From Gammaproteobacteria bacterium (GTDB taxonomy: Bacteria > Pseudomonadota > Gammaproteobacteria > CAJXQU01), in NCBI GenBank assembly GCA_965238175.1, contig CBDEGZ010000003.1, forward strand, positions 256,001 to 320,000: a DNA stretch of 64,000 bases, in the 5' to 3' direction. Below the pieces are notes generated by a model, which was not told where the DNA came from, made no database searches, and worked only from the letters and a program-made list of their open reading frames with translations. A program made the translations under genes and the position numbers. Each line of letters begins with the position of its first letter. Position 1 is the first letter of the stretch. This document shows, in pieces, positions 41,845-50,411 of the stretch.

Positions 41845-43352
41845 TGGCAGAAATAATTACTGAAGCCAAACCCCGGCCAACTCATAATCTTTTAGCATTG
41901 ATGCTGATCACATTGGTCTTCGCAATGTTTAGCTTCTGGTTACTTAGTAATCACTATGTCAGTGATATTGCTATGTTCCGGTGGGCAAAAGTGCTCGGTG
42001 TTATGGATGCAGAAACGATTCGGATGGAACACTTTCGTTTTATTTACCCGCATGCGCCTTTTTACATGCTGATACCTTTTACGCTGTTACCTGATGATGC
42101 ACAGGCCGCTGCACCCTATTTTATTTCAGGTCTGACCGTTGCCATATTATTGGCTTTGTGGAATCACCACCTGCGTAGAAATATTCGCCCAATTTGGCAG
42201 CGAGCACTACTTATATTATTGATCATTAGTCAACCGACTGTCCTTTGGGCAGCAACCAGCGGTGGTTATACGGCTATTAGTTTGTTGATGTTTTATCTGT
42301 TGTATCGAGCCTGTCTACGGATGATTTATCAAGAAGATGTTCGTTCGTTCATCATGCTCGGCATGATTCTCGCGTTGTACTTTTTTGCAGATCCCATTGC
42401 GCTGTTTCTATTCGTCGCGCTGGTTCCTTTCCTTTCGATTATCGCGCCACGTAAAATGTTACTTGGCTCACCGATAAGTGTATATTTGATGATAGCCATG
42501 CCGTTACTAATTGCGGTTTTATCCTGGGCTTATCTCAATTGGATCTTCGAAGGAAACGCACTCATTTTCGCACGCGAGCCTGATTCATCTTTTCTAGGCG
42601 GTTGGCAAGACACCCCAACATCAGAATGGCTAAGACTTTACGGTGGACTTTGGCTCGCACCCCTTGTCGCTGCTTTCTTACAATTGGGTCTGCTTTTCCC
42701 AGTTGTCTTTTTGCTGGTGCCCCTTACCGCACGCTTTGGTAACCATCTTAAAGCAAGCATCATTTTATTATTTCACCCAGTGATTGCTATTGCATTTGCC
42801 AGCAGCAAATACTTCTTATTTCATCCGCTGGAAATTCTGACTCTGATCAGTGCAGGTGTCATGGCCGAGCTGACAATGATCTCCTTCGCACACCGTTGGA
42901 AACTCCCAGCTTTGATCATATTACTCCTTATCGGTTCGCTCTCTGGTTGGCACCGTTTTGCACAATACACAGAACCAGAAATGCGTCACTGGTACCTGGC
43001 CTTCACCAATAGCCTTTCTGGAGAGCTATATCATGCAGATGCTGTGCTTGGTGAATGGTTGGCCAAACAAAAAGATAAAGATGTTCTGATTGACGAGAGG
43101 AGTGCATATCGTGTGATAGTTGCGAAAGGAAATGCACATCAACTCCACTTGCCGATTTCTGATCGATTTAAAATACAAACACGTTTTCAACGACCAGATA
43201 CTGATCTTATTGTTGTACCTGATCCTTCAACCAAGAAAGGTGGAAGAGACCGGATCAATCTTCTCTACCCTGAACTTTATAAAGAGGGTCTAGCAGGTTT
43301 CAAACGTGTTTATGATTATGCAGGTTGGCGGGTCTATCAAAATGAATCTTGA
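41844..43352 (+). CDS. Polytopic membrane protein, GT-C/PMT-like
   Basis: Roughly 11-13 hydrophobic segments, an SD in the first loop, YPH.P, and a soluble C-terminal domain ending GWRVY. Confidence 0.55.
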   Translation: MAEIITEAKPRPTHNLLALMLITLVFAMFSFWLLSNHYVSDIAMFRWAKVLGVMDAETIRMEHFRFIYPHAPFYMLIPFTLLPDDAQAAAPYFISGLTVAILLALWNHHLRRNIRPIWQRALLILLIISQPTVLWAATSGGYTAISLLMFYLLYRACLRMIYQEDVRSFIMLGMILALYFFADPIALFLFVALVPFLSIIAPRKMLLGSPISVYLMIAMPLLIAVLSWAYLNWIFEGNALIFAREPDSSFLGGWQDTPTSEWLRLYGGLWLAPLVAAFLQLGLLFPVVFLLVPLTARFGNHLKASIILLFHPVIAIAFASSKYFLFHPLEILTLISAGVMAELTMISFAHRWKLPALIILLLIGSLSGWHRFAQYTEPEMRHWYLAFTNSLSGELYHADAVLGEWLAKQKDKDVLIDERSAYRVIVAKGNAHQLHLPISDRFKIQTRFQRPDTDLIVVPDPSTKKGGRDRINLLYPELYKEGLAGFKRVYDYAGWRVYQNES

Positions 43353-44385
43353 TACGCTCACCGATCGCCGGTCATTATTTTTGATTCTCGCAATTAGCAG
43401 CATGTCTGCTTGTGATTACCCAACGAAACCCGATCTGGTTGGTTTTAATTTTTTACAGGACAGGCATACTGCAATGAATTCAACTGGTGCATGCTTATCA
43501 ATGCAACACTTGCGTCTAACAGGTGCAAACTCCGTCGTTCTTGTACCTTTTTTAAAACAAGATACACCTCAATCTATTGTTGTTGACAAAAGTGATGCCG
43601 TCACAGACGAACAACTGATTGCTGCATTAGAACTGGCAAAAAAACACCATTTACATCGCGTGCTTAAACCACAAATTTTGATTGAAAATTCCTGGGCTGG
43701 TGCCATTACACAACAAAATTCTGAACAAGAAACCAATTGGTTTAATAACTACACTCAGCAACTTCTTTATTATGCACAGCTTGCTGCAACCCATCAGGTC
43801 GATGCCTTTGTGATTGGTACAGAATTAAAAAAAATACAAGCTAGCAAACATTGGCCTGACGTGATCAAAAAAATACGATCCGTTTATTCTGGAAAACTAA
43901 CTTATGCAGCAGGAGAAGTTGCAGGCATTGAAACGTTTCCTTATTGGGATCTACTCGACACCGTTGGCGTGACCTTGTATCCCGACATGACACAAGAAAA
44001 AATCACCGATACATTAACAGAACAATTAGAAAAACTGGCAAATGATTTTCAACAACCGGTCTGGATTCTCGAAATCGGTATACCCTCAGCAAAAGGTTGG
44101 GAATCACGACCATGGGATTGGCGTTCGATAGAAACATCATCGCCGTCGGCAGATCCAGATGCTCAGGCAAATTTGATCCGTCGCTGGTTAACCTCGTTGG
44201 AAAAAACTCAATCGTCAAATATCGAAGGGATCTGGATCTGGCAGTGGAACAGTTCTCCACAAGCGGGTGGCCGTAATGACACCAGCTACACCGTACAAAA
44301 TAAATTGGCTCAAGCCGTTGTTCATCAACACTGGCGATCTCCGCTTAGTCTATTTATGAGGAAAATCAGCGAATGTACAAGTTAA
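43342..44385 (+). CDS. GH113-like TIM-barrel glycoside hydrolase, lipoprotein
   Basis: Lipobox-like MSAC, LKPQI…WAG, WF.NY, IGTEL (acid/base), GKLTYAA and ILEIG (nucleophile). Likely ATG at 43342. Confidence 0.8.
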   Translation: MNLDTLTDRRSLFLILAISSMSACDYPTKPDLVGFNFLQDRHTAMNSTGACLSMQHLRLTGANSVVLVPFLKQDTPQSIVVDKSDAVTDEQLIAALELAKKHHLHRVLKPQILIENSWAGAITQQNSEQETNWFNNYTQQLLYYAQLAATHQVDAFVIGTELKKIQASKHWPDVIKKIRSVYSGKLTYAAGEVAGIETFPYWDLLDTVGVTLYPDMTQEKITDTLTEQLEKLANDFQQPVWILEIGIPSAKGWESRPWDWRSIETSSPSADPDAQANLIRRWLTSLEKTQSSNIEGIWIWQWNSSPQAGGRNDTSYTVQNKLAQAVVHQHWRSPLSLFMRKISECTS

Positions 44386-45200
44386 TATTTTCTCTTTTAT
44401 TACTCCCGATTTTAATCCTTCCGCGAAGCAGTTTTGCGGTCAGCCCCTGGATGTTATCTGAAGGTGAGCTCTATTACTCAGGTGGTCTTAGTTATTCGAC
44501 CAGTGACAAAAGTTGGGATCGTAGCAGTAAACTTAGAGACTCCAGTTGCCATTCACAAACTTTCCGATCAAATCATCAGCTGGAATATGGTTACAGCTAC
44601 TACCACACCCTAATTGCGAATTTGGAATTAATCGATAAACATTGTGGCGATGAAGACTACACAGGCCTGGGTGACTTACGTCTTGGCATCCGTGGACGAT
44701 TAAATGTATTTGAAAATGGTAAAACCTGGGAAGTAACTTTGATCGTTCCAACCGGCTACTCACGCAGCAACCGCACTCGACCTGGCAATGGAGAATTCGG
44801 TATTGAAGGTGGGTTAGCGTATCTTTCTCGTGGTGAAGAAAGAGACTTCGCACAGCAGTGGGACTTTCTAACCGGTGCATCCGTACGTTTATGGGCGAAC
44901 GGTCCGGCAGATCAGTTTTTAACCTACGCAACAGTCCGCCGACATATTGGAAAATCTGGTCGTTTGAGCGTGGGACTCAGTGCAGATATTTCTTTTCAAA
45001 ATGAAGGCAACACCAGAAATAACTTTGCCGATGGAACACAACTTTCCGATTACGATAGAGTAACTGCAAGAATAAGCTGGGCAAATCGACTCAACGAAGA
45101 CTGGCGGTATAAAATCGGTGCTTCCCATGTAGCCTGGGGACGAAATGCAGGACACAGTATGAAAATCGGCATCACATTCAGTCGACACTGGGGGTCATAA
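44373..45200 (+). CDS. Putative outer-membrane beta-barrel (export pore candidate)
   Basis: Signal peptide (SFA), alternating amphipathic strands (LEYG, GLGDLRLGIR) and a terminal strand IGITFSRHW. Confidence 0.65.
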   Translation: MYKLIFSLLLLPILILPRSSFAVSPWMLSEGELYYSGGLSYSTSDKSWDRSSKLRDSSCHSQTFRSNHQLEYGYSYYHTLIANLELIDKHCGDEDYTGLGDLRLGIRGRLNVFENGKTWEVTLIVPTGYSRSNRTRPGNGEFGIEGGLAYLSRGEERDFAQQWDFLTGASVRLWANGPADQFLTYATVRRHIGKSGRLSVGLSADISFQNEGNTRNNFADGTQLSDYDRVTARISWANRLNEDWRYKIGASHVAWGRNAGHSMKIGITFSRHWGS

Positions 45201-45218
45201 ACCATTGGGGTTATAAAA

Positions 45219-46997
45219 ATGAGCAGCTATTTAACTAAAAAAAATAACTCAACAATCATACGATCAATTTTAAAATTTTTATGTGCATTTCTTTCTGTCT
45301 ACGCCATTCACACATCTGCAGCAATACAAAACGAGATCCATGCACTGCACCTGACAATGGATGAATTGGATGCCGAAGTTATTTTCCGTAAAGAATATAA
45401 TGACAAATCATCATTCCCAGTCACGGTCATTGATACAGGTGATCAAAAATTAACGGGTCGCGTTAAAGTCTCTGGCAGTTTCTCCAGGCGCTTCAATAAA
45501 AAAAATCTGATCATAAAACTTGATAACGACCAACTATGGAATGGTCAAAAAAAGATTTCCTTAGATGGCATGGCAACTGATGGCTCCATGTTACGCGAAT
45601 GGCTGGCCTGGCAATTAATTGAAGATCTTGGTATGTCGGGGCCCAGAGTAGAATACATCCGTGTGTACATAAATAAAAAGTACCACGGGCTTTTTCTTCA
45701 AACAGAATGGATAGACACCAAATTATTTGATCGTTTTGGTCTTGGTAAAACAGGCCAATTTTTTCATCCTGTCGATTCAAAATTTTGTGGTGATTTTCGT
45801 TATTACGAAGATAAAAAAATTGAGTCTTGCTGGTTCAAACTCTCACCGCGAGATGATGACTTTACGCCTTTGATCGATGCCTACGCACAGATCAAAAAAA
45901 TATCAATAGAAAATTTTGATCAATACATTGCAAACAATTTCGATGAAGAATCAGTAATCAACTGGCTAGCACTTAATATCCTGACCAGCAATGGTGACAC
46001 TTACAACAAAAATTATTTTCTCTATCAACCAGAAGCGACAAAGAAATGGGTCGTCATTCCCTGGGATTATGATCTAACCTTTGGTCGAAATTGGGATCCT
46101 TTCCTTGAATTTCCAAAAAGTATTTTGAATGATAATTTTCAATATTATTATCCACCACAACTCGGCGCCGAAAATCCGTTAAAAGAAAAGGTCATGCGCA
46201 ATCCAGCATTGAATAAAAAAGTGATCGCTAAATTATTACACTTGCTCGGAATTGAAAAACAAGGAACAGACAATAACTTCGGCTGGTTTAATCCTGATCA
46301 ATTAAAGACAAGAATTGATCAAGCCGCCGTAAAACTCGAACCGCATCATGAAGGCGATCCTTTTTTAAAAGAGCAAGCTATCGACTACAAGAAAGAAATT
46401 CAAACTCTCTGGCATTATGCACAACGCCGTTATGCTTATTTAAAAGAAACATTGACCGGCGAATACCAATGGGATGCTGAAAAAGCAATGTGGAATTACG
46501 ATGAAGAACCGGCTCCTAGAAACCCTTTCCCAAGTTCCTTACGTGTTCGTCAAACGATTTTAGAAAATGGGGAATATACATTAATTACCGCACCGGCCTA
46601 TGGTTATGCCCTAAGTGGTATACGTTTAAAAGATAACCTCGGCCCCGCAGAATTCAGTGCCGAGTCAGAAATGGATCAACTTCCATTACTACTTCCGACC
46701 AGCTATCAACCTGAATCTTGTATTCAACGAAATTGGTACCTGTCTTTACTTTCGCCCTACCATGACAGAATCATGGATCTACAACTTGAATACTTGCAAG
46801 AAAACTCGCAAAGAAATGAAATCGGAAAAAATGTTAATGAAGCAGATCTAAAACTGTGGGCACTCAACGGACGCGAATGGAGACAACTCGATGCTCAAAT
46901 TAATACACTTTCAAATGTATTTACGCTTGAAAACTTCACCATGCAGTCAGGCACGGTTTTAAGATTTGCAGCTTGCTCAGTTGAGCAGAATAATTAG
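45219..46997 (+). CDS. Exported CotH-family atypical kinase
   Basis: Signal-like N-terminus; VKVSGSFSR…KKNLIIKL, LREWLA, YINKKYHGLF…E, NGDTYNKNYFLY and IPWDYDLTFG. Confidence 0.85.
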   Translation: MSSYLTKKNNSTIIRSILKFLCAFLSVYAIHTSAAIQNEIHALHLTMDELDAEVIFRKEYNDKSSFPVTVIDTGDQKLTGRVKVSGSFSRRFNKKNLIIKLDNDQLWNGQKKISLDGMATDGSMLREWLAWQLIEDLGMSGPRVEYIRVYINKKYHGLFLQTEWIDTKLFDRFGLGKTGQFFHPVDSKFCGDFRYYEDKKIESCWFKLSPRDDDFTPLIDAYAQIKKISIENFDQYIANNFDEESVINWLALNILTSNGDTYNKNYFLYQPEATKKWVVIPWDYDLTFGRNWDPFLEFPKSILNDNFQYYYPPQLGAENPLKEKVMRNPALNKKVIAKLLHLLGIEKQGTDNNFGWFNPDQLKTRIDQAAVKLEPHHEGDPFLKEQAIDYKKEIQTLWHYAQRRYAYLKETLTGEYQWDAEKAMWNYDEEPAPRNPFPSSLRVRQTILENGEYTLITAPAYGYALSGIRLKDNLGPAEFSAESEMDQLPLLLPTSYQPESCIQRNWYLSLLSPYHDRIMDLQLEYLQENSQRNEIGKNVNEADLKLWALNGREWRQLDAQINTLSNVFTLENFTMQSGTVLRFAACSVEQNN

Positions 46998-47028
46998 AAA
47001 TAAAGTTTTATTTGAGAGTGTTTTTATA

Positions 47029-48254
47029 TGTAGAAATTCAGATTTGATCTGACAGTTACCCAATTATCAGTAACCGACTGTCAGGTTAAGTTTAATTCAC
47101 AAACTTTTCCTTCCAGATAGCTTGTCCGTCGATGAGTGTTTCCATCGGCGTCCTCCCGCAGCACATTTTGCCTTGGTGAGTTCGTTGAGTATTGTATTTG
47201 AGCAACCATTCGTCAAGGTCGAGTTGCAGTTCATCAATCGATTGGTAAATTTTCTTACGCAAAGCGACTTGATAAAACTCATTGAGGATCGTCTTATGGA
47301 ATCGCTCACAAATACCATTCGTCTGAGGTGATTTGACCTTGGTTTTGGTGTGTTCGATATTGTTCAACGCCATATAAAGCTGATAATCATGCTGGTCAGC
47401 TCGCCCACAATACTCCGTCCCTCTATCTGTCAAAATGCGCAACATAGGCAAACGTTGTTCTTCGTAGAATGGGAGGACGCGGTCATTGAGCATGTCAGCT
47501 GCCGTAATCGGTGTTTTAGTCGGGTACAGTTTCGCGTGAGCGACCTTGCTGTAAGTATCAACAAACGTTTGTTGATAAACCCGACCAATGCCTTTGAAAG
47601 TACCGACATAGTAAGTATCTTGCGAGCCAAGATAACCAGGGTGTGCCGTCTCTATCTCGCCACAAGCCTCATCGTCGTCTTTCTTGCGTTCCATCGCCGC
47701 GACTTGAGACTCAGTGAGGATCAAGCCTTCACCAGCTACCTTATCAGACAATGCCTTCAGGCGATCTTTAAAGCAAGCAAGACCATGACGAAGCCAGATA
47801 CAACGAACGCCACTGGGTGAGACAAATGTTCCCCGTTTGCGCAGCTCGTTACTGGTGCGCGTTTGACCATGTGCGGGCTCTTCCAGTGCATACTCGAGCA
47901 CAACGGTTTCAATAGCCGGGTCGATTCTGTTTTTAAGATTTGGGGTACGCCGATTACGATCAAACAAGGCTTCTACACCGCCTTCATCAGCCGCTTCTTT
48001 GTAGCGATAAAATGTATCTCTGGACAAACCCATCATCTTGCAGGCTTTTGAGACATTGCCGAGTTCTTCAGCGAGATTGAGTAGACCAACTTTATGTTTT
48101 ATAACTTTGTCATTAGTATGAATCATGAGAGTTACCTCTTTGTGTTTTGATGTTTACGTTGCAGTTACATCAAAGCGGGTAACTCTCACTAAATCAAGCG
48201 TCGCTACGCTCCGCTTGATTTAGTGATGTGTCAGATTGGGTCTAAACTTCTACA
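47029..48254 (-). mobile_element. IS481-family insertion sequence, copy 3 (1226 bp, no target duplication)
   Basis: Same termini as copies 1 and 2. The flanks TTTTATA (47022-28) and ATTAACC (48255-61) do not match. Confidence 0.95.
47092..48126 (-). CDS. IS481-family DDE transposase
   Basis: Protein identical to copy 2. Confidence 0.95.
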   Translation of the reverse strand: MIHTNDKVIKHKVGLLNLAEELGNVSKACKMMGLSRDTFYRYKEAADEGGVEALFDRNRRTPNLKNRIDPAIETVVLEYALEEPAHGQTRTSNELRKRGTFVSPSGVRCIWLRHGLACFKDRLKALSDKVAGEGLILTESQVAAMERKKDDDEACGEIETAHPGYLGSQDTYYVGTFKGIGRVYQQTFVDTYSKVAHAKLYPTKTPITAADMLNDRVLPFYEEQRLPMLRILTDRGTEYCGRADQHDYQLYMALNNIEHTKTKVKSPQTNGICERFHKTILNEFYQVALRKKIYQSIDELQLDLDEWLLKYNTQRTHQGKMCCGRTPMETLIDGQAIWKEKFVN

Positions 48255-48282
48255 ATTAACCTGACTACTTCGGGAATAACAA

Positions 48283-50409
48283 CTAGGTTTCAAAAACTAG
48301 TTCGTTCTGTTCTTGGTTATTATTGATCAGTAATTCTTCAAATTGTTTTGCAGGAACAGGTGGACTTAGATAAAACCCCTGATACTCATCACAACCATTC
48401 GTTCTTAGGAAGTTGAGATGATCGCTTGTTTCGACACCTTCTGCTACGACATTAAGCTGCAGACTCTTCGCTACGGTAATAATGAGCTTTGCTAATTCGC
48501 CGTTTTTTCCATTTGCATCAATATCTTTTATAAATGCGCGATCAATTTTTAAGGTCGTTAGAGGTAGTTGATTGAGGTAACTTAATGAAGAAAATCCAGT
48601 TCCAAAATCGTCCATTGAAATACTAATCCCCATATTCTTGATGGTTTCGAGTAAATGGATCGAAGTATCAATATTATTCATGGTACAGCTTTCAGTGATT
48701 TCAAGGTCAACATGCTTGGAATCTATACCTGAACCTTCCAATGCGCTACAGACTTCATCAATAAAAATTTGGTGGTTAAATTGTTTGACTGAAACGTTGA
48801 CACTTATCTTAAGGTTATCATAACCTTTCATGTGCCATTGCATTGTTTGTTTACAAGCTTCTTCTAAAACCCATCTACCAATTGGGATAATCAAACCTGT
48901 TTTCTCAGCAATTGGGATGAATTCAAATGGTGGGACCAGTCCTCTTTCGGGGTGGTTCCAGCGAATTAAAGCCTCCATCCCTTTAATTATTCCAGTCTCG
49001 ACACAAACTTTTGGTTGGTAGTAGATCTCCAGTTCATTATTCCCAAGTGCTCCACGTAAGTCCTTTTCCAGTACAAGGGATTGAAGGGCTTCAGATTTCA
49101 TTTCTTCATTGTAAAAACAGAACTGATTTCCACCGGTTTCTTTAGCGCGATTCATTGCTAGATCGGCTTGCTTGATCAGATCTTCTTTCTCATTTTCATC
49201 CTCTGAAGACATAGATGAAATCGCAATACCAATGCTCCCTGTACTGATCAATTCATGGTCATTGACAATATGCGGATTTGATAAAATTTCCAGTAATTCT
49301 TGAGCAATTCCAATCACATCATCTTTTGAAGTTACTCCTTCAAGAATAAGAGAAAATTCATCACCACCTAATCTAGCTAGAGTATTGGCTTTCTGCGTTA
49401 CATTTCTCAAACTTTCAGTAACTGATTGGAGAAACTTATCTCCAACTTCGAGCCCTAAAGAATCATTAATATTCTTAAAACGATCGAGGTTTACTACCAA
49501 AACAGCAATTTCTTCTTGTGTGTGTCCCGGGATTGCTAGTGCATGTGCTAAACGATCTTTGAACAATGTTCGGTTTGGTAGATTAGTCAGGTTGTCATAA
49601 TAAGCCTGATGATGGATCTTTTCTTGAGCTATATGTTGTTCAGTGATGTCTTGTACTACACCAAGCATGTGAGATACTTTTCCCTCAGCATTAATGATCA
49701 ACTCGGCATGTTGATGAACAACCTGGAGTTTTTTGTCAGGATGATCTATCCGATGTTCTACATCGAATGGAATATTATGTTTTAGTGAGAAAAGTACGGC
49801 CTGTTTAACTTTCTCGCAATCATCTGGGTGCACCATTTCTAAGAATGCGGCACTGTTATTCTCAAATTTATATGAGTCTACACCAACGAGTTCGTAGACT
49901 TCTTCTGACCAATATTGATAATCTTTCTCTACATCCCAATCCCAGTAACCAATCCTCGCCATTCTATGAGCTTGACTTTGGCGTAGTTGATTTTTATATA
50001 ATTCCAGACTTGTGTTGAAAGTTTTTAGTCCATTACGAACCCTTTGTTTGAAGATCGGTAAATTAATGGGCTTAACAATAAAATCAGTTGCACCACTATC
50101 GAACGCTTTTTCTACAGATTCTGTATCTTCTAATCCTGTCAGCATCAAAATAGGGATCTTAAACTTATGTTCTTGCTCACGAATAGCAATAGAAGCTTGA
50201 TAGCCATCCATTACAGGCATTATTACGTCCATGACGATCATATTAGGAGAATATTCGGCAACAGAAGTCACGGCTTTCTGTCCATTTTCAGCGGTGATTA
50301 CATCATAACCTTCACTCTGCAGTGCTTTCTTGGTGTATAGACGACCGATAAGCTCATCATCTACAACAAGGATAAGCGGTGTTTTCCTTTCATGAGAATC
50401 TTTAATCAA
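48283..50409 (-). CDS. REC-PAS-GGDEF-EAL c-di-GMP turnover protein
   Basis: VVDDE/MDVIMP/KP, a PAS region (GYWDWD…HPDD), RLGGDEF, EALIRW, LEITE, DDFGTG and AEGVE. Confidence 0.93.
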   Translation of the reverse strand: MIKDSHERKTPLILVVDDELIGRLYTKKALQSEGYDVITAENGQKAVTSVAEYSPNMIVMDVIMPVMDGYQASIAIREQEHKFKIPILMLTGLEDTESVEKAFDSGATDFIVKPINLPIFKQRVRNGLKTFNTSLELYKNQLRQSQAHRMARIGYWDWDVEKDYQYWSEEVYELVGVDSYKFENNSAAFLEMVHPDDCEKVKQAVLFSLKHNIPFDVEHRIDHPDKKLQVVHQHAELIINAEGKVSHMLGVVQDITEQHIAQEKIHHQAYYDNLTNLPNRTLFKDRLAHALAIPGHTQEEIAVLVVNLDRFKNINDSLGLEVGDKFLQSVTESLRNVTQKANTLARLGGDEFSLILEGVTSKDDVIGIAQELLEILSNPHIVNDHELISTGSIGIAISSMSSEDENEKEDLIKQADLAMNRAKETGGNQFCFYNEEMKSEALQSLVLEKDLRGALGNNELEIYYQPKVCVETGIIKGMEALIRWNHPERGLVPPFEFIPIAEKTGLIIPIGRWVLEEACKQTMQWHMKGYDNLKISVNVSVKQFNHQIFIDEVCSALEGSGIDSKHVDLEITESCTMNNIDTSIHLLETIKNMGISISMDDFGTGFSSLSYLNQLPLTTLKIDRAFIKDIDANGKNGELAKLIITVAKSLQLNVVAEGVETSDHLNFLRTNGCDEYQGFYLSPPVPAKQFEELLINNNQEQNELVFET

Positions 50410-50411
50410 GT

